This document shows, piece by piece, positions 10,314 to 19,324 of a DNA stretch of 64,000 nucleotides; the stretch's first letter is position 1; each line of letters opens with the position of its first letter. Both the position numbers and the translations under genes were made by a program. Under the pieces are notes generated by a model that saw nothing but the letters and a program-made list of their open reading frames with translations, did no database searches and was not told where the DNA came from. Source of the stretch: Candidatus Poribacteria bacterium (GTDB lineage: Bacteria > Poribacteria > WGA-4E > WGA-3G); contig JAPPII010000061.1 in NCBI GenBank assembly GCA_028820845.1, positions 65,889 through 129,888 on the forward strand, written 5' to 3'.

Positions 10314-10344
10314 TCGCTGGACACGATTTCCGCGTGTCCAGCGA
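10314..10344 (-). terminator. 11 bp hairpin between the OMP gene and exbB (attenuator or partial terminator)
   Basis: TCGCTGGACAC / GTGTCCAGCGA with a 9 nt loop, about 13 nt past the OMP stop on the minus strand. It is followed by only a weak U-tract. Confidence 0.35.
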
Positions 10345-10356
10345 TCCAGCTGTCGT

Positions 10357-13300
10357 TTAGAAACCCATCATTGCTCGCACGAAGGTTGTGTTACTCGTCG
10401 TGTGATCAAGCAAGATAGTCGTCCGTCGGTAACCAGCAAGGATAACAATGTTAAACCCAAGCCACTCACCACGGTTAATTGCTTGGACTTCAAATATCCG
10501 TGTTCGCAGGTCTGGACGGAAAAGCACTGGTACATCTTCGTCTTCCGGGAAGTTAGTCAAGTAATTCTTGAAGTTGTTATCCCGGTTAGTGAACTTCCGA
10601 TATTGGAAACCACCAAGGATGTTCATCCGTTGTGTGAACTGATAGTCGAGTCGTACACCGAGAACATCCTCACGACTTCTACGGTTGAAGCGCAAGTATT
10701 CGATCGGCTCGTCATCAGTAGGAACAAACAGACGAGGGTTAAGTGCGTCGCCAATTTCCTCTGCGCCGCGGTCAAACGCGCGATCCCAGATATATTTCAC
10801 CATTGGCGTAAGGGTTAAATCTTCACCGATCCTGTCAATGAAAGGTAGATCTCCGAGCGGAATTTCATACCGTGCCTTGAGAATCGTCTGCTGGTTGCGA
10901 ATATCCCGTTCTGGGTAACGACGCTTCTTCCAGTTTTCAGCATCGTAGATTAAGCCCGGATCCTCGGGGTCAAGTGCATTAATCCCGTGATCTGGATAGA
11001 AGGGGAATTCCCGCCTTTCACCACTCGCTCGCACCTGCTCAACAGGCACCATGAAGTCAACGCGTTGATCAGCGGTAAGTGGATCGTCATCGTCGCCGGA
11101 ACCTTCGACATCCAAGAAGAGTGCATCTGCCTCATCCTGCTCAAACTGTTTTTGCAGCACAACGAGGAACTTTGCTTCTAATGTCAGGTTAGGAACAGCA
11201 GTGTAGAGGAACTGAAGCGTTGTGGTGTTCACACGAGCGTTGTAGAAGTCAAGCTCGTCGGAAATCTGGACAGGTTCCAATTCGCCGACACGGAGGGTAA
11301 TCGTGTAATCCGGGATATCGTCGCGAACTCGCACGAATCGGTTTTGGAAAAGGACGGTTCCAAAATCTGGAATGTCCCGTTGATAGGTAACATGTAGATA
11401 CCTGGAATCGTTCTGCCGGCGGCTTGAGACTTGACTCTCATTGAGCCATCCGACTTTGAGTGAAAGGTTATCAAGGAGGTCATATTCAGCGAAGACATGG
11501 TATCCTTCTCTGTCTATTCCGTACTCATATTGTGGTTCAAAGTCATCCTCAAGTGAGTCGATAGTCCCGTTGTTGTTGAGGTCAACGAGGTCAGTAAACA
11601 CTGGCGGGTCAGCATCAAAGATGAGGAAATCTTCTTGGAAGTCAAGGACTCCGTTCTGGTCTCTGTCATCAGCGCGTGGCAGGACTCCGTCGAAGTCGAT
11701 ATCATCGGGCCAGTCGTCATCATCATCGTCATCCTCAATGAGGGCGTAATTGACTTCATCCCACGGGTCTCTTTCAGCTTGGGACTCAGGTGTTCTTTCC
11801 AGGGTGTAGGGTTGATCCCTATCGGTATTGGCACCGAAATTGAGGTAGGTTGTGGTGTACCCCGGATCAATATGATAGTAGACACCTTCAAGGTACAACT
11901 TTCCGAAGCGAGACCTGAGATGGATGAACCATGCGGATTCTCTACCCATTTCGCCGTCTCCGCCTTCATCAGTTCCGTCTCCGCCTAACCTGGCTTCAAA
12001 TCGTTCACCTTCGGTTTCGGAATAGGTAGGTATCCCGTTTCGATCTAAAGGTAAGCCTGTTGCTGGATCAATAGAGATACCCGTTTCTTCCTCACCATCT
12101 TCGCCGAGGATAGTGGGTTTAAGTCTACTAAATCCAATCTGCTCTTTGGGGATTGTCGGATACTGTTTATATTTCCCATTAATGGAGTAGTGAGCACGAA
12201 GGAAGACGTTACCGATGGTTCCTTCAAGATCGAGTCCATAGAGGACTGCTGCACGTGCTGCACCATAGCGGTAGCTGACTTTACGCGGTCTGCCTTCACC
12301 TGTCCAAGCATCTGGATTATCGTAAAGGTTTGCCCGGTTACTGGTATAATCGGAAGATTGCCCGTAGTTACCGGGGGCTTGAATAACATCACGGTATGGC
12401 ATTTCAATATGACCGTCTTCGGTTTTAATCCACTCTTCAGCAAACGGATCCGCCCCTTCAGCCGCTCTGTTTGCCTCACTGAAGCCGATGACGGCGATAT
12501 TGTAGTCACCTGCTACCACCATGTCAAAAACAACGGACTGAACGGTGCGAGCTTCAATACCGTGGTCTGCAAAGACCAAGTCATATCTCATCTTATTAAA
12601 GCCGTCAACAATCGCCCAGTCCCCAGACGAACGCACGTCAGAGGGAAGTCCACCCACATCAATTGGCGTGACATCGCTGGAAAAAACTTCAATTGTTTCC
12701 GTTTGTGCGGGTTGTGCTTTCGGATTGACACCTTCTTCAATTTCTTCGGGTGTTAAATCTTCCAATTCTTGTGTAACCACAGTAATTGTCATGCCTTTGA
12801 AAGCTGCACCGACACCACCCTGTAGGTTTTCACTGTGTAAGTTTTCATCGTATCCGGAGAATTGTGTAACGGAGCCATGATTGTCTTCAGGCGAATCGTC
12901 GCGGAAGACGACAGAAATAGTTTCCGGAGGCGTATTTGCGACGGTACCCATCATTGGGTTTTCAACGCGCTCTGGATGTTCTTTATGAAGATTGACATAA
13001 GTAAACCCAACGCGGAAAATATCGCCCAAAAGACCTTGTGCCCGGAAACCCATGAGGCGTGCATTTTCAATGTGCCGCACTCCAGCGTCTTCATTTAAAC
13101 CGTTCCGACGTCCGAGAGTCGGTGCGAGGTTTGCCGCTGCATCTGTCAATTGGACAGGGTTGGAGATACGAGAGTTAATAAGTGTAAAGAGATGGCGCTC
13201 CTGTGCAAAGGAGATATCCCAACGAAGTCCATCAAACTCGGTTTTATAGAGGATATAACGGTTTGGAAATAACGTAGAGGGCTTGAAACGCATGCTATCA

Positions 13301-13677
13301 CCGATGGCAAACTCGGTATATCTGCCCCGGAAACTGTCTTCAGTTAAAACAGTTCTATCTAACTGTGCCGAGAATCTCTCACTATCAAGCTGACCCGTCC
13401 AACCAACAAACAATTCACCGTTTTGGTCGAACTCTTTCTGCTCACGATAGTTGTAGACCTCGTTACCTTCAAGCAGCTCTTTACCAAACAGGTCATAGAA
13501 GAACTGGGGTTCTTCTTCCAACTGGAACCGCGCTGAAAATTTAGAACTCCCCTCAATCGTTGGTAATAGGGGTTCTTGTGGACCAAGGCTCTGTGCACCA
13601 CAACCGTAAAGCACAAAAGCACTCAGGATACAGGTCGCTACAAGTAAAACATCAATTGATTGTTTTAGCCTGTTCAT
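10357..13677 (-). CDS. very large outer-membrane lipoprotein/beta-barrel of unknown family with an acidic Ca-binding-like insert
   Basis: 1106 aa ORF with a lipobox-like signal (LSAFVLYGC) and a C-terminal aromatic residue (...VRAMMGF). The sequence shows long alternating beta-strand-like patterning. It carries a poly-Asp run plus DxDxDG/DxNxNG-like loops (DDDDDDDWPDDIDFDG, DDRDQNGVLD, DLNNNGTID). I saw no recognisable TonB-box or plug. Confidence 0.55.
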   Translation of the reverse strand: MNRLKQSIDVLLVATCILSAFVLYGCGAQSLGPQEPLLPTIEGSSKFSARFQLEEEPQFFYDLFGKELLEGNEVYNYREQKEFDQNGELFVGWTGQLDSERFSAQLDRTVLTEDSFRGRYTEFAIGDSMRFKPSTLFPNRYILYKTEFDGLRWDISFAQERHLFTLINSRISNPVQLTDAAANLAPTLGRRNGLNEDAGVRHIENARLMGFRAQGLLGDIFRVGFTYVNLHKEHPERVENPMMGTVANTPPETISVVFRDDSPEDNHGSVTQFSGYDENLHSENLQGGVGAAFKGMTITVVTQELEDLTPEEIEEGVNPKAQPAQTETIEVFSSDVTPIDVGGLPSDVRSSGDWAIVDGFNKMRYDLVFADHGIEARTVQSVVFDMVVAGDYNIAVIGFSEANRAAEGADPFAEEWIKTEDGHIEMPYRDVIQAPGNYGQSSDYTSNRANLYDNPDAWTGEGRPRKVSYRYGAARAAVLYGLDLEGTIGNVFLRAHYSINGKYKQYPTIPKEQIGFSRLKPTILGEDGEEETGISIDPATGLPLDRNGIPTYSETEGERFEARLGGDGTDEGGDGEMGRESAWFIHLRSRFGKLYLEGVYYHIDPGYTTTYLNFGANTDRDQPYTLERTPESQAERDPWDEVNYALIEDDDDDDDWPDDIDFDGVLPRADDRDQNGVLDFQEDFLIFDADPPVFTDLVDLNNNGTIDSLEDDFEPQYEYGIDREGYHVFAEYDLLDNLSLKVGWLNESQVSSRRQNDSRYLHVTYQRDIPDFGTVLFQNRFVRVRDDIPDYTITLRVGELEPVQISDELDFYNARVNTTTLQFLYTAVPNLTLEAKFLVVLQKQFEQDEADALFLDVEGSGDDDDPLTADQRVDFMVPVEQVRASGERREFPFYPDHGINALDPEDPGLIYDAENWKKRRYPERDIRNQQTILKARYEIPLGDLPFIDRIGEDLTLTPMVKYIWDRAFDRGAEEIGDALNPRLFVPTDDEPIEYLRFNRRSREDVLGVRLDYQFTQRMNILGGFQYRKFTNRDNNFKNYLTNFPEDEDVPVLFRPDLRTRIFEVQAINRGEWLGFNIVILAGYRRTTILLDHTTSNTTFVRAMMGF

Positions 13678-14504
13678 TACTTTGTTTTTCCTCCTTGGAA
13701 ATAGTGAATCGGAAGTTTGGGCAACAAAACAGTGATATAAGCATTGCTTGCTTTTTCGCTGTATCTACCCCGGTCTCCGAACAAAAAACCTTAAAAATGG
13801 ATGAAAACTGCTTTACTTGTAAACGAAAAGGTTAAAATATCGTTAGTAAAACTAACAGCATTTCAATTCAGGGTTCTCGGTTACTGCTGTACGGTCGCCT
13901 CAAAATTCTGGATCCCGCGCCAAGCGTATAGAAAGCAAGTCTCCTTCACAACAAATTAAGGGTTAGTCTTGCGGAAGTTAAACACGCGGTGAAACGCCAC
14001 AAAACTGTTCTTGGTTTTTAAAGTAGCACTGATTTGAATTTCTGTCAAGTTTTTAACAGGAAAAATATATTCATTAGGGTGATTTTTGCATATCATACCG
14101 AAAATGTAATATATTTTCAAGTTTTAAATATATCAATGCTGTTTACATTCGTCTTTTAATCCGTTCTAAGGCAGGCAATCAATATCGAGAAAGCGTTCTG
14201 AAAAATTGTACCAGCAAAGCCAATCAAAATACACGAATCGTGAGCCTTGAAGAGTTTCAAATGCTGCTGTTGTCTGAGACAGCAGCGAATCAATAGTGAA
14301 ATCGTTTTGTCTTAAGGTACGGATTAAGAGTATCGAAAACCCAAGCATAACTTCATAAAAATTTTGCCTATGCTGTGGGCTTAACAAATCACTGTGTGTT
14401 AGACATACTATATATTATACCATATTTTGAGAAAAAATGATATTTTTTTTTCAAAATTCTGAAACTGAAACCACAAATGTTGCGTAACACCTCATTTAAA
14501 TCTC

Positions 14505-15911
14505 TCAACTTACAGCGGTTTTACTGAAATATTCAAGAAGTAAAACAGTTGTGATCCCAAGAACCGTTCCGCCGATTCCAGCAATAACAAGAATGAATCT
14601 GAGTTGTGGACTGACAGGAATCTTCCTCGGCACAGCACGATCGATGATTTCGATGTCTCCTACCTGATTGCGAGAAGATGTTAACTTGGATTCGGCATAT
14701 AATATCTCAGCTTCAAGTGAACGTTTGGCAATTTCTTCAGCAAGGGCGTTAGTCTTCTGAATTTTGGCTCCCATTTGCGTTAGAATAATCTGGTTTTCCG
14801 GGATTTTTTCCAGTAATTGCGCTAGTTCAGTTTCTAATGTATCGAGTTCTTGCTTGAGGCGTTTCGCTGCATTTTCATAACGCGAGAGGCTTGGGATGAA
14901 CGTTATCAACTGGTTCTTTATATAAGTATAATGTGCAGAGGGACCGGAGGTAACGGTAGTGGTCTTAGGTGAGATTTGTGTGTTTTTCTGCTGAATATCA
15001 GCGATTTGTGCGTCAAGCCCTTTCAATTCCGAGGGGGTCTTTCCTACTTTTTCTTTGTCAGCGACACGCTGTGATTCGAGGTTAAAAAGTTTCTCTTGCT
15101 GAAAGAGCCAGATAGGGTCATAGGTGGTGGTTTCGGAGAGTTGTGCTTGTTCGGGTAGGAGGCTTAATTGTTCCTGCAGATACGCGATATGGATACGCGT
15201 TGCATAGGCTTGTTGCTGATTTGTTTCAATATTTTCGCGAACATTGGCGTAACGTTCCAGCAAATTGGTAAACGTTGGGACCCATGTCTCTGAACTACCA
15301 TTTTGTCGAACGAATTGTAGAAGGGTATCTAAGTCCTTTTTTATTTGAGTTTGAATTTCTCCTTGTTTTTCTTCAAGAAATTCCATGCGTTTTCTAAGTT
15401 TCGTTTCTTCATCTCCACGCCGCAAGGTTTTCATGTCTTGCGCGAGTTGATTGACAAGAAGTGCTGCATTGCGCTCTCCCCCTTCTGCTTCAGTCAAAGC
15501 GATCGAAAGATGGATATAATCAGAATCTGGGTTTAGTTGTGCCTTCAGCATTCGTTTGAGTTTGCCGATCGGTGGGAGGAGAGCGACTGCGTCCGCGTTC
15601 CCGTTTTCTTCAAGATTCTCGATTGCTGTTTTCAGCATTGATTCTGTGGAGAAGCGGGCACTGATTGTTTCCATTTCCCGGCGGTCAATACCACCAGAGA
15701 GGACGCTTTGAAAGAGATTTGCTGAAGGAAGAGAAGGCGTTGCACTGGGTTGGACAAGCAACATTAGAGTGGAGGCAGCATACGTTTTAGGCAAACGGAG
15801 TGAAATAACTAAGGCAGTTCCTAATACCAGCAGAATACTTAGGCAGAATGTAAAGGTGTGTTTTCGGATGAGTTGAAAATAGTCACGTAGGTGTGCCTCC
15901 TGTTGCGACAT
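14505..15911 (-). CDS. Wzz/GumC-like polysaccharide chain-length determinant protein (no kinase domain)
   Basis: 468 aa ORF. It has an N-terminal TM plus a PKTYAASTLMLLVQP motif, a long coiled-coil periplasmic region and a C-terminal TM. Confidence 0.65.
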   Translation of the reverse strand: MSQQEAHLRDYFQLIRKHTFTFCLSILLVLGTALVISLRLPKTYAASTLMLLVQPSATPSLPSANLFQSVLSGGIDRREMETISARFSTESMLKTAIENLEENGNADAVALLPPIGKLKRMLKAQLNPDSDYIHLSIALTEAEGGERNAALLVNQLAQDMKTLRRGDEETKLRKRMEFLEEKQGEIQTQIKKDLDTLLQFVRQNGSSETWVPTFTNLLERYANVRENIETNQQQAYATRIHIAYLQEQLSLLPEQAQLSETTTYDPIWLFQQEKLFNLESQRVADKEKVGKTPSELKGLDAQIADIQQKNTQISPKTTTVTSGPSAHYTYIKNQLITFIPSLSRYENAAKRLKQELDTLETELAQLLEKIPENQIILTQMGAKIQKTNALAEEIAKRSLEAEILYAESKLTSSRNQVGDIEIIDRAVPRKIPVSPQLRFILVIAGIGGTVLGITTVLLLEYFSKTAVS

Positions 15912-15970
15912 GGATATACAGAATTTCTGCCCCGCGTATGGACTAGAAATTACCCCTCCTTCTCTTCCAT

Positions 15971-16531
15971 CTATAGGTTATTAGCAACGCGAATTTCTGC
16001 GTCATTAAAGGCTTCGTCGTGCCATTCGGTTATCCGCCATTCCTCATTTCTTTTTTCAAAAATGAAAAGATTGTCACCTTCAGCGAACCATCCGGTGAAT
16101 CCACCTTCAAGCGACTGACCGTCTGCAACGAATCCTTGAATTCTATAGTGATTCCGCACTTCTGCTCGATTGCCATCTTCATTCATGGAAATTTCTGGCG
16201 GAGCGGAGAGTTCTATCTCAATATCCTGAAACTGCTCGAAAACGCGAGTCGCGGCATCACGTTCTTGGCGGATGTCGTCAAATTCCAGATCATCTGTCTT
16301 GTCCCCGTCTGTCCCCATGTCGGAAACGTAAAGGAAACCATCTTCCCAAAAGGTGTTGATGTAAGCATTAACATCTTCGGTTTCATAACCTTCACGCCAC
16401 CGTTCTAAGACTTTATTAATTTGAAGGAGTTCTTCAGGTGGAACCTGACCGACTTTTTCGGCATCCCCACACCCCATAAAACCTATGAGTAAAATGAGTA
16501 TACCTCCGATTTTTATCAAACTCCTGAACAT
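15971..16531 (-). CDS. lipoprotein with NTF2/SnoaL-like (DUF4440-type) fold
   Basis: The track ORF 15971..16669 overlaps the upstream gene. The internal start MFRSLIKIGGILILLIGFMGCGD (ATG at 16531) gives a clean lipobox. The rest of the protein resembles small NTF2-like domains. Confidence 0.5.
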   Translation of the reverse strand: MFRSLIKIGGILILLIGFMGCGDAEKVGQVPPEELLQINKVLERWREGYETEDVNAYINTFWEDGFLYVSDMGTDGDKTDDLEFDDIRQERDAATRVFEQFQDIEIELSAPPEISMNEDGNRAEVRNHYRIQGFVADGQSLEGGFTGWFAEGDNLFIFEKRNEEWRITEWHDEAFNDAEIRVANNL

Positions 16532-16553
16532 AATGGATGTTCTCCCTTTAAAT

Positions 16554-17126
16554 TTAAAAAGTTTTAACAATACCAAAATAAAGATGTGAAGGGGTGGCAC
16601 CGATTTCAATCCCCAATTTTTCCATGTCTTTTGCATCTTGCTGGATGGATTCGACCAAGGTGGTAGCATTATAGAAGTTTGAACTCACATAAGAGTCGAT
16701 GAGGCTATAGACCCAGATACCAATCCCGGTATACATAAAAAATGTTCTGAGTTTGTAGCGTTGATTTGCGTAGTCGTATCTTTCTAATACCCCGGCTTCG
16801 TCATGGGGATTTAAACTGGCATACGTTGCGTAGTCATTGTAACGATTATTAAAAGATCTCTGTGCCAGCAAGGCACCGATAGCAGAACCGCCTACTCCGA
16901 GAACAGTCAAGCTACCTCGGAAGTAGCTGCGGCTATAAAATTGTCCCCACCCTGGGAAAACGGCGGAACGAACCATCGCACCGATTGGCGAAACAAGTTC
17001 GACCTCTTCCTCGGTGTCAACTGTTTTCTGCTCCGAGTCCGTACTATTTTCAGCCTCCTGTGCAAAACTGGCATGAAGGGTAAAAAATAGTAGTAAAATA
17101 ATTAGAAAAACTCGCAAAAATCGCAT
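16554..17126 (-). CDS. membrane protein with a PGWGQ motif (DUF5683-like)
   Basis: 190 aa ORF with a signal peptide, the motif SAVFPGWGQFYS, and two further hydrophobic segments. Confidence 0.45.
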   Translation of the reverse strand: MRFLRVFLIILLLFFTLHASFAQEAENSTDSEQKTVDTEEEVELVSPIGAMVRSAVFPGWGQFYSRSYFRGSLTVLGVGGSAIGALLAQRSFNNRYNDYATYASLNPHDEAGVLERYDYANQRYKLRTFFMYTGIGIWVYSLIDSYVSSNFYNATTLVESIQQDAKDMEKLGIEIGATPSHLYFGIVKTF

Positions 17127-17198
17127 CTAATGTGTAGGTGTCTGGACTTCACGCTTCCAAGAGGTTGCGCGAAGTCCATCTTAACTTCCATGAATATC

Positions 17199-18866
17199 TT
17201 ACCGTCGGCGTTTCGTCCGTTCTGTTGTACGGCTCCGACTGCTACTACTGCTACTGCTCCGTTTATCATCGTCATCATTACTACTTGAACTACTGCGTGA
17301 TACGCTGGAGCTTGAGGTCGTTGGACGCGTCCGCGTCTTTGTGGCAGTAGAACGGCTGACACTTGTACGTGATCTTGACGAACTTGCTGATGTACGTGAT
17401 CTTGACGAACTTGCTGAGCGGCTGACGCTTGTTCTCTCACGTGATGTGCTTGTTGTTCTTGAACGGCTAACGCTTGTGTTTGCGCGTGAGGTGTTAGAAC
17501 TTGAAGTCGTGCTCCTATACCTTGAGGCGGAGCCGCTGCTTGTACTTGAAGAGTACGAGCGGCTTGACGATGTAGTAGCCGGGCGTCTATAAAGCGGTGT
17601 TGTCCGCCGCGTCTCTATAGACCTGCTGTAGCGATTCACGCTCCGTGTTGTGTCATCAGGATAACGCCGCTGTTTACTGACCGTGTTTTCTGGAGCATAA
17701 ACACTCTGTCTTACGCTACTTTGGCGGAGCGTTGAGGCAGAGGCAAGGGCGCGCTGTTTCTGCGCAATAATTGTCCGACGCGCAACCCGCTCTGTTGTTG
17801 CCGGCGTCTGTTTCCGGTGGTTTTCGAGTGTCGTGCGAACACTTCTCCGAACTACTGAACGGTCTGCCTGTCGACTGTTTGCCGACAATCGGCTCCGACT
17901 GTATTGCCGACGCGTTGACTCATGCTGCGTGCTCCACTTATTCAACCGAGTCCGTCGCTGATAAACTTTCGGTGTGCCACGGTAGTACGAGTGGTAAGAG
18001 CCATAATACGGGGAGTAGTAGCGATAATACGAACTCGGATAATAGCCACGGTAGCGTCCGAGGTATCCCCCATAATACGAACGAATGGAGAGATAGTGAT
18101 GATCGTAGATCGGATAACTCCATCGGAGGTAGTAGTCGTAGTCTGTCGCGTAATAGACTGGACCATCGTAAAAGTAGAGATAAGTATAACGGTGCCATGG
18201 GCGCCAACGATATGTCGGCGTGTATCGTTGAATTACTCTAACTTTCGGCTGCCTGCGATAGCTGGATACTTCAATATGCTCTACGTCAATCTGTTCGCCC
18301 CCTTCAGCAACGATGTGTAGTTCCATCCATCCATCTTTGACATGACCCACAGCCGGAATTTTGATGCGTTCGGATCGGTTTTTCGCTCGAAGAACGAAAG
18401 TGTCGCCGTAACGCGTCTCACTGGCGTTTTCATCATAGTAGCCGCGTCGTGTTGCCTCTCGCTTGGTGTTGCGAATCCAAGCACGTCCAGCGATGGGCTC
18501 TTCATAGTCCTCAATCTCTAAACGATGCGGTTCTCCGCGATATCGCACCAGAACCTCAATATACTGTGTTCCGCTTGGAATTTCAAAGAGGTATACCGCA
18601 CTTGCAATCGCGAATTCGTAATCATCAGTGTTCTGCGCAGAATTTGCCCATGCGGTGAGTCTTATGCCATCTTCAAAGCGCGGACTCGCAGTAATCGTCG
18701 CGCTGCCTCGTTCTATCCACTCATCGACCTCATTTGCTACGCGGTGCTCACGACTGAGCCGATCTGCATAGTAATCGTAATCCGCAGCAATGGGGCTTAG
18801 CAACCCAACAAATAGAAAACAACTGATCACGCATAATGCGCTAAAAACGGAAATCCGGGTCTTCAT
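17199..18866 (-). CDS. secreted protein with a Tyr/Arg-rich then Ser/Arg/Thr-rich low-complexity C-terminal half
   Basis: Start taken at MKTRISVFSALCVISCFLF (ATG at 18866, GGAGG 7 nt upstream). A globular region of ~230 aa is followed by YYGGYLGRYRGYYPSSYYRYYSPYYGSYHSYYRG, then ~200 aa of SRSRTS-type repeats ending in DDDDKRSSSSSSSRSRTTERTKRRR. Confidence 0.6.
   Translation of the reverse strand: MKTRISVFSALCVISCFLFVGLLSPIAADYDYYADRLSREHRVANEVDEWIERGSATITASPRFEDGIRLTAWANSAQNTDDYEFAIASAVYLFEIPSGTQYIEVLVRYRGEPHRLEIEDYEEPIAGRAWIRNTKREATRRGYYDENASETRYGDTFVLRAKNRSERIKIPAVGHVKDGWMELHIVAEGGEQIDVEHIEVSSYRRQPKVRVIQRYTPTYRWRPWHRYTYLYFYDGPVYYATDYDYYLRWSYPIYDHHYLSIRSYYGGYLGRYRGYYPSSYYRYYSPYYGSYHSYYRGTPKVYQRRTRLNKWSTQHESTRRQYSRSRLSANSRQADRSVVRRSVRTTLENHRKQTPATTERVARRTIIAQKQRALASASTLRQSSVRQSVYAPENTVSKQRRYPDDTTRSVNRYSRSIETRRTTPLYRRPATTSSSRSYSSSTSSGSASRYRSTTSSSNTSRANTSVSRSRTTSTSRERTSVSRSASSSRSRTSASSSRSRTSVSRSTATKTRTRPTTSSSSVSRSSSSSNDDDDKRSSSSSSSRSRTTERTKRRR
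17365..17418. repeat. 27 nt perfect tandem duplication inside the SR-rich coding region
   Basis: GTACGTGATCTTGACGAACTTGCTGA(T/G) occurs twice in tandem. This corresponds to the repeated SxSSRSRTS peptide units. Confidence 0.7.
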
Positions 18867-19324
18867 GAGAATCCTCCTATCTTGACCCTCCCACACCTAA
18901 AGGAGTAGGATTCTTCCTTCAACGCAGTATGCCCGCCTGCCATACCCACCGAAGTGTCTGACGTAATTTTGGGTCTTACTTCTGCTCCAGAAGCGTTTAG
19001 CCTCTCGGTATGCCCTACCGCGAGGGTTTCTTTTCTTTTCGTCATGATTTTTTCTATCTCGGTTCTCTGATGAAGATAGCTCTTGGGCGACTCAGGTTTA
19101 CCGCAACTTGTCCCTCTGGGGATCCGCCAATTCTCACTATCGGTGTTTAACGCTACACATACGGTGCCAGTTGATTGCCATCGCAATGTGGACTTCGGTT
19201 CGGCTTACAGTGTAGGGACACTTGTCTCAAATCACCTTTTAGATACTCCCGCACGAAACACGCAGGACTGACCCAAAGCTAAAGCATTAGGATTTTTAAG
19301 TATTATCTTCAAAGTGTTGCAAAA

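Noticed and set aside
10402-13835. Numerous 60-190 aa ORFs on both strands inside the 1106 aa OMP gene. The same pattern occurs inside gltB, cusA, sir and the 643 aa membrane-protein gene.
   Set aside because: They are shadow ORFs overlapping much longer ORFs with clear domain content.
14166-14387. A 73 aa ORF in the long AT-rich spacer.
   Set aside because: It has no RBS and no recognisable motif. It lies in AT-rich DNA where random ORFs of this size are expected.
15971-16669. N-terminal extensions in the track ORFs 15971..16669, 20899..21264, 24196..25236, 48364..49398, 49427..50215, 59087..59827 and 60796..61221.
   Set aside because: Internal starts give canonical N-termini (a lipobox, the BMC-H MTGDALG start, the Tat signal of MsrP, or the MCGRF start of SRAP) with RBS-like sequences. 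The extensions overlap neighbouring genes or repeats.
17102-17592. ORFs 17102..17440 (-) and 17341..17592 (+), which have repetitive QQVRQDHV and LDELA motifs.
   Set aside because: They are alternative-frame or antisense readings of the SR-repeat DNA of the 17199..18866 gene. The frame carrying the signal peptide, RBS and a long globular domain is the credible one.
18863-19186. The 107 aa minus-strand ORF in the leader of the SR-protein operon.
   Set aside because: It has no RBS and an odd composition. It overlaps the start of the downstream gene in another frame, and I see no recognisable domain.
18900-19270. Possible RNase P RNA on the minus strand. Local resemblance to conserved-region motifs appears in the correct order (GGGACAAGUUGCGGUAAACC, GGCUAAACGCUUCUGGAGCAGAAGUAAGACCC, CGAAGUCC).
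   Set aside because: The universal GGAAAGUCC element is absent. No 3' strand is able to form P4 with the candidate 5' strand. The segment also lies between a promoter and the RBS of a protein gene. It is more likely a structured leader.
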